Below are positions 59,858-64,000 of a DNA stretch of 64,000 nt, piece by piece. The first letter of the stretch is position 1; each line of letters starts with the position of its first letter. Origin of the DNA: Candidatus Bathyarchaeota archaeon. GTDB taxonomy: Archaea; Thermoproteota; Bathyarchaeia; Bathyarchaeales; Bathycorpusculaceae. The notes beneath the pieces are model-generated. The model was not told where the DNA came from. It ran no database searches and saw nothing but the letters and a program-made list of their open reading frames with translations. The DNA is taken from positions 256,001-320,000 of the forward strand of contig CAWGZR010000010.1 in the NCBI GenBank assembly GCA_963827165.1. The letters run 5' to 3'. Both the position numbers and the translations under genes were made by a program.

Positions 59858-60510
59858 TGAAGAGCGACTTTGATTCCTTACGGGTTACTACGTATTTCCT
59901 TTTGGCTTTTCTAGTCGTGGTCGGAGTTTCTATTTGGCTTCTGAATCTGATAAGCCAGCAAAGAGTCTTCGGTTTCTTGATGAGCGCCGAATTCGTCGCG
60001 TTCGCTATGCTCGTCTACCTTTACTACATGGAGGACCCAGCAGTCGCTAAGAAACTGTTGACCTCAGGGTTTGTTGCCATAGGAATTCTTGTTATTTTAT
60101 CTGGTGCCGTATTAGCCGGAGTCGGTACCCCTGTGGCGCTGCCTAAGCCCAACGTTTCGATGACCCTCTATGCTGGGGAGGTTTCTCCTACGTTGTTTGG
60201 GTTCGGGAACAGCGCAACCGCCATAACTTCGCCGGGTCCAATCCTTAACTTCACGGTGGGCGATGTCGTGAACATGACGATTTTTAACGCGGGAACAATG
60301 CCGCATAACTGGGCGATAGTCGACTCCGACAGCACTTCAGGCAAAGTTTTGTTCGGCGCAAAAATCGACAGCGGCTTAGTTCCTATACCTGTCAATGAAA
60401 CAGCATCGGTTGCTTTCAGAGTCACCAAAGCAGGGGACTACTTCTACATTTGTCAAGTTCCAGGGCACGTCCAGCTTGGCATGTGGGGAAGCGTGGTAGT
60501 GAATCCGTGA
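59854..60510 (+). CDS. Membrane-anchored type-1 blue copper protein (cupredoxin, sulfocyanin/rusticyanin-like)
   Basis: Three TM helices, then PHNW and YICQVPGHVQLGM (H, C, H, M ligands). Confidence 0.9.
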   Translation: MMKSDFDSLRVTTYFLLAFLVVVGVSIWLLNLISQQRVFGFLMSAEFVAFAMLVYLYYMEDPAVAKKLLTSGFVAIGILVILSGAVLAGVGTPVALPKPNVSMTLYAGEVSPTLFGFGNSATAITSPGPILNFTVGDVVNMTIFNAGTMPHNWAIVDSDSTSGKVLFGAKIDSGLVPIPVNETASVAFRVTKAGDYFYICQVPGHVQLGMWGSVVVNP

Positions 60511-61283
60511 TACGCAAAAACGCAGAAGAACTCTTCGTTTCATTTATGTTTTTGTTTGCAAGTTTACTCACGGGTCTAATGAGCTTCTTGGCATTTGGCT
60601 TTGTAATTGCAAAGCAAAAAGCCGAAAGAAAAAGGGAACCCCAAAAAGCTGTTGGTTTTCTTGCAGACAAGAATAGAGCGCTGAATTTTTACAGAATATT
60701 TTCTGTAGCCTACGACACTTTGAATCCGTCCCTGTACACCGTTGCCATGCGAAGCGAAATGGTAAATCAAATCGGAAACGGCGCGAACCTGCGAGTGCTT
60801 GACGTTGGATGCGGAACAGGCTACACGACCTCAGGAGTTTTGAGGCGAGGAGACATTGCGGAAGTGGTTGGGTTGGATATGAACCCTGTGCAGCTTAAAA
60901 GAGCCGTCAAGAACCTGCGCTTCGAAATGGACAGGGCTTCGATTTCAAGAGGCGACGCGGACAACCTGCCGTTTGAAGACGGCACTTTTGACGCCGTAAT
61001 TTCGGTCGGCGCCATCGAGTATTTTCCTGACCCCGAAAGAACAATAAAGGAGCTTTCAAGAGTCGCAAAGCCCGGTGGAACCGTTATTGTTGGTGGTCCC
61101 GAAGCAGGATGGTTCAGCAAGCTTGCGTTAAACAAGGTTTTTTATACGCCTTCTGCACAAGAAATGGAGACTTTTTTTCGCAAAGCTGACCTCGCCAATG
61201 TGAAATCGCGCTTGACAGGGATGAAAACTTTTTTCGCAACAAACAGATATGTTGTTTTTGCCGTTGGAAAGAAACCAGCATAG
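60507..61283 (+). CDS. Quinone C-methyltransferase, VTE3-like/UbiE-MenG superfamily, with an N-terminal TM helix
   Basis: FYRIFSVAYDTLNP...MR, VLDVGCGTGYTT, GDADNLPF, GAIEYFPDP; GTG start overlaps the cupredoxin stop. Confidence 0.85.
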   Translation: MIRKNAEELFVSFMFLFASLLTGLMSFLAFGFVIAKQKAERKREPQKAVGFLADKNRALNFYRIFSVAYDTLNPSLYTVAMRSEMVNQIGNGANLRVLDVGCGTGYTTSGVLRRGDIAEVVGLDMNPVQLKRAVKNLRFEMDRASISRGDADNLPFEDGTFDAVISVGAIEYFPDPERTIKELSRVAKPGGTVIVGGPEAGWFSKLALNKVFYTPSAQEMETFFRKADLANVKSRLTGMKTFFATNRYVVFAVGKKPA

Positions 61284-61300
61284 ACACAAAAAAAATTGGT

Positions 61301-62332
61301 TTAAGCTCTTTTCCGCGAGGCGAGTAGAGCCCAGGCTACAGGGGCATATGCGGCTGCTAGCAATGACAATATGAAAGCAAGTTGCAACATGTTAGCCGCA
61401 TTTAAGAAGCCTGCAATTGCGTACCCTGCGATTAAGCCGAAGCTGGTGACGCTATGTGCAAGTATCATGTCAAGGTTGGCTGGAGCCATCAGCCGTGGAT
61501 TGTCCTTGTGAGCCCGAACGACAGAGATGGAGTGAATAACAAGCGGGATGGATAGCAAAGCGGCAAGCGTGTAGAGCGGTATGAATCTGAGCAAAGCGGA
61601 AACGGCGATTACAGCGTATGTGCATATCCAACTTGCTATGTACAGTTTGACTCCAGCGTCTTTACCATATCTTGCGACAAGCGTAAGTTTCCCAGCCGCT
61701 CTATCCTCCAAAATATCAGGAATCTCATTAATCACAATCATAGAGAACAACATTATCCCCAGAGGTAACGTCGCCAAAAACGCCTGCAACGTCACCGTTT
61801 GCGCCTCAACATAAAAAGCGCCTAAACCGATAACTGACCCAAAATTCACTAACATCACAATCTCGCCTAGTCCGTGGTGACCAAAACTAATGGGCGGAGC
61901 CGTGTAGAACACGGCGCAGAACACGCCCAATAACCCGAAGGCCAAGATAGGCAAACCTCGGGTTAAGGTAAGATAGAACCCGGCGGCCAAAGTTATCAGG
62001 TAGCAGAGCGTAAAAGCCTTAAACATACTTTTAGGCGCTAAAAGCCCACTGCTAAGAGTAGCGCTACCGCCGGAATATGGGTTCTTCTCGCCCGGCGCAA
62101 GCTTGTCAACGCTGTGCTTGTAATCGTAGTAGTCGTCGGTCATGTTTAAGGCGATATGATTGATTATGATAGCGACTAGCACGAGAAGAAAGTAAAACGG
62201 AATAAAACCTCTGTTAGTTGCCCAACTGACTAAACCCCCAAGGACCGCGGGGAAGATGCTTGGAGGCACAAAATGGTAGCGGAAGGCTTGCCACCACACT
62301 TTTGCTTTACTTGCTTTTAACGTACTAGTCAT
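61301..62332 (-). CDS. menA: UbiA-family prenyltransferase, MenA-like
   Basis: NMTDDYYDYKHSVD, YTAPP, GLGE, NEIPDILEDRAAGKLTL. Confidence 0.85.
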   Translation of the reverse strand: MTSTLKASKAKVWWQAFRYHFVPPSIFPAVLGGLVSWATNRGFIPFYFLLVLVAIIINHIALNMTDDYYDYKHSVDKLAPGEKNPYSGGSATLSSGLLAPKSMFKAFTLCYLITLAAGFYLTLTRGLPILAFGLLGVFCAVFYTAPPISFGHHGLGEIVMLVNFGSVIGLGAFYVEAQTVTLQAFLATLPLGIMLFSMIVINEIPDILEDRAAGKLTLVARYGKDAGVKLYIASWICTYAVIAVSALLRFIPLYTLAALLSIPLVIHSISVVRAHKDNPRLMAPANLDMILAHSVTSFGLIAGYAIAGFLNAANMLQLAFILSLLAAAYAPVAWALLASRKRA

Positions 62333-62636
62333 ATTGGTTCATCCAAATTTTGAGTGAGCTGAATAGGGGTTGAGAATAAAGAAATCAACCGATAAGATGT
62401 GAATTCGTGCGATTAAGGATAGCATACGCCAAAACGCTTGGCTCTTGCAATTCAATTATAAAAAACGGCGAATTAAAACTTACCTAAAGACGCTGCAAAC
62501 CCAAGACTTTCCTTGAACAAATTCTTTCCAATGTTGTTGCTTTAAGCCTACCACAATTATTTATAAAAAATCAATGACACATATATGAATATAGTATCCG
62601 AAGATTCTGGATAACAATCTTTCGGGAGCACTATTA

Positions 62637-62885
62637 ATGAGGAAAATTCAAAGTTCAAATTTTAAAGTCACCAGAGAAGTCAGTGGAAACCAAAAACCAA
62701 AATTGCGCACAAGTATGCCGATTGTTGAGTGCACTTGCGGAGAAAAAATCCTAGTGGTCCCCGACGTAGCTGCCATGGAGAGAGCAATAAAGAATCATAA
62801 AGCTAAACACAAAAGCGTTAATGAGCAACATCTAACTGAAAAAATTCTAAAAGCTGTCAGCAAGCAAATGCTCCAGCAAGCTTAG
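62637..62885 (+). CDS. Small putative Zn-binding protein (CxCG...HxxxH), paralog of 34604-34858
   Basis: MPIVECTCGEKILVVPDVAAMERAIKNHKAKHK. Confidence 0.7.
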   Translation: MRKIQSSNFKVTREVSGNQKPKLRTSMPIVECTCGEKILVVPDVAAMERAIKNHKAKHKSVNEQHLTEKILKAVSKQMLQQA

Positions 62886-62993
62886 CCGCCATTCTCGCCA
62901 CAGCCGACTAGAATATCCTTCAGAGCTTAAGAATCAATTTTGAGTATACTCGCAGAAAAAAAGCGAAAAAAACTGACTTGTTTCTGTCAAAAC

Positions 62994-63332
62994 TTACTTT
63001 CCCGATGTCAATGCAACGCCGCCCAAGGTAATCAGAAAGCCACCGATAAGAACAGCCATGTCAAAGGCCATCAAAGTCCCGGTAGCGATCATAACGAAAA
63101 ATCCGATCAGCATGGGTATCATCCCGTACATTCTTTGGTCTTTCTTTTCACCCGTGAGATACGCTTTTCTGCCAAACCAAATTGTCAAGATAGCGAATAC
63201 AACTCCGAGAACACCGACTGCTACATTTCCATAGGCGAAGTAAACTATGCCGGAGAGGAATATGACGATTGCTCCTAGTAAGGCAATGATGTAGCCCCAT
63301 CTTGGTCGCTTGCTGTTAACTCTTAAAGGCAC
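62994..63332 (-). CDS. Small four-TM membrane protein
   Basis: Four hydrophobic helices. Confidence 0.65.
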   Translation of the reverse strand: MPLRVNSKRPRWGYIIALLGAIVIFLSGIVYFAYGNVAVGVLGVVFAILTIWFGRKAYLTGEKKDQRMYGMIPMLIGFFVMIATGTLMAFDMAVLIGGFLITLGGVALTSGK

Positions 63333-63443
63333 TTGGGAAGTGGTAGAATTAGGTAGTTGACTAATTGTTTTGGTTTTAATTTTCTCTCTTCCAATCGTAT
63401 TAGCGCTTGATTCGTTGATAAAACTTTGGATAAAAAATAGGCG

Positions 63444-63746
63444 CTACTTAGTGGGTTCTTCTGGTTGGTGTTTTCTGAAAAGAATGAACACGTGTCCCCT
63501 GACTTCAACCAAGCCAGATCCAGTTTGCTCTGCCGCTTTAGTAGCTATGCTCTGAGCTGTGTTTTCACCTTGCAAGGCAGCGGGTAAAATTTTGACCTTC
63601 ACCATCTTGTTTTTCTTCAGTTGCTTCTCAACCTCGCCTGCGCACTGCGGCGTTAAACCTTCCTTGCCCACCCAGATAGTTGGGTTTTCATCTTTCAGTA
63701 CGTGCCTAACGTGGCGCTTCATTCGTGTCTTTATTTTGGTGCTCAA
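63444..63746 (-). CDS. yhbY: YhbY/CRM-domain RNA-binding protein
   Basis: PTIWVGKEGLT...MVKVKIL...VEVRGHVFILFR. Confidence 0.93.
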   Translation of the reverse strand: MSTKIKTRMKRHVRHVLKDENPTIWVGKEGLTPQCAGEVEKQLKKNKMVKVKILPAALQGENTAQSIATKAAEQTGSGLVEVRGHVFILFRKHQPEEPTK

Positions 63747-64000
63747 ATTGTTCTTGCTCCATTCTTTTTCTAAGCATAATGCGTGTTTGGTTACCGCAGT
63801 TTAAACATGTTATTACAACATGAGGCTCCCTTTTCTGCTTTACTCTAACCCTACAATTACTTCCCCCAACAAGCAACGAGTTGCATTTTTTGCATGTTTG
63901 CCTCCGAAAATCAACGGGTAAACGCATTCTCGCCGCCATAGCAATCCTTCGAGCAGACTTCACATACCTCATGGCCATTCCTGGATCACTTCCATAAGCA
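63706..64000 (-). CDS. rnp4: Ribonuclease P protein component 4 (Rpp21), 5' end outside the window
   Basis: RYVKSARRIA...CKKCNSLL...RVRV...VVITCLNCG. Confidence 0.93.
   Translation of the reverse strand, partial: AYGSDPGMAMRYVKSARRIAMAARMRLPVDFRRQTCKKCNSLLVGGSNCRVRVKQKREPHVVITCLNCGNQTRIMLRKRMEQEQFEHQNKDTNEAPR

Overview
Archaeal chromosome segment, most likely from a Bathyarchaeia (TACK) lineage; this is inferred from the 16S sequence, multi-intron tRNAs and extended ribosomal proteins, not from a database search. Contents in order: part of the S10/spc ribosomal protein operon (rpl22 to rpl6, with four 1-nt frameshifts that are probably assembly errors), hydrogenase maturation genes hypEDCF, a fatty acyl-CoA ligase, a divergent pair of small RHH-type regulator genes next to a two-intron tRNA-Met, housekeeping genes (hsp20, lsm, rpl37e, RPA, cbf5, rpl14e), an orphan DUF4255/Pvc16-like gene, a 16S rRNA gene with no linked 23S, a patch of decaying small Zn-finger/RHH genes, an intron-containing tRNA-Leu, a degenerate TIR-like protein and mgtA. 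The main finding is a ~23 kb block (~40.2-63.4 kb) between yhbY and rps19e, genes that are normally adjacent. It encodes what looks like a quinone-based respiratory and organic-acid module: polyprenyl synthase, MenA-type prenyltransferase, VTE3-like methyltransferase, two 2-hydroxy-acid dehydrogenases (one rubredoxin-fused), SdhAB with no anchor, citrate synthase, PrpD, a ComA-like protein, SucCD, and an operon for a cytochrome b5-Rieske fusion, a cytochrome b with a His-to-Lys heme-ligand change, and a membrane blue-copper protein.
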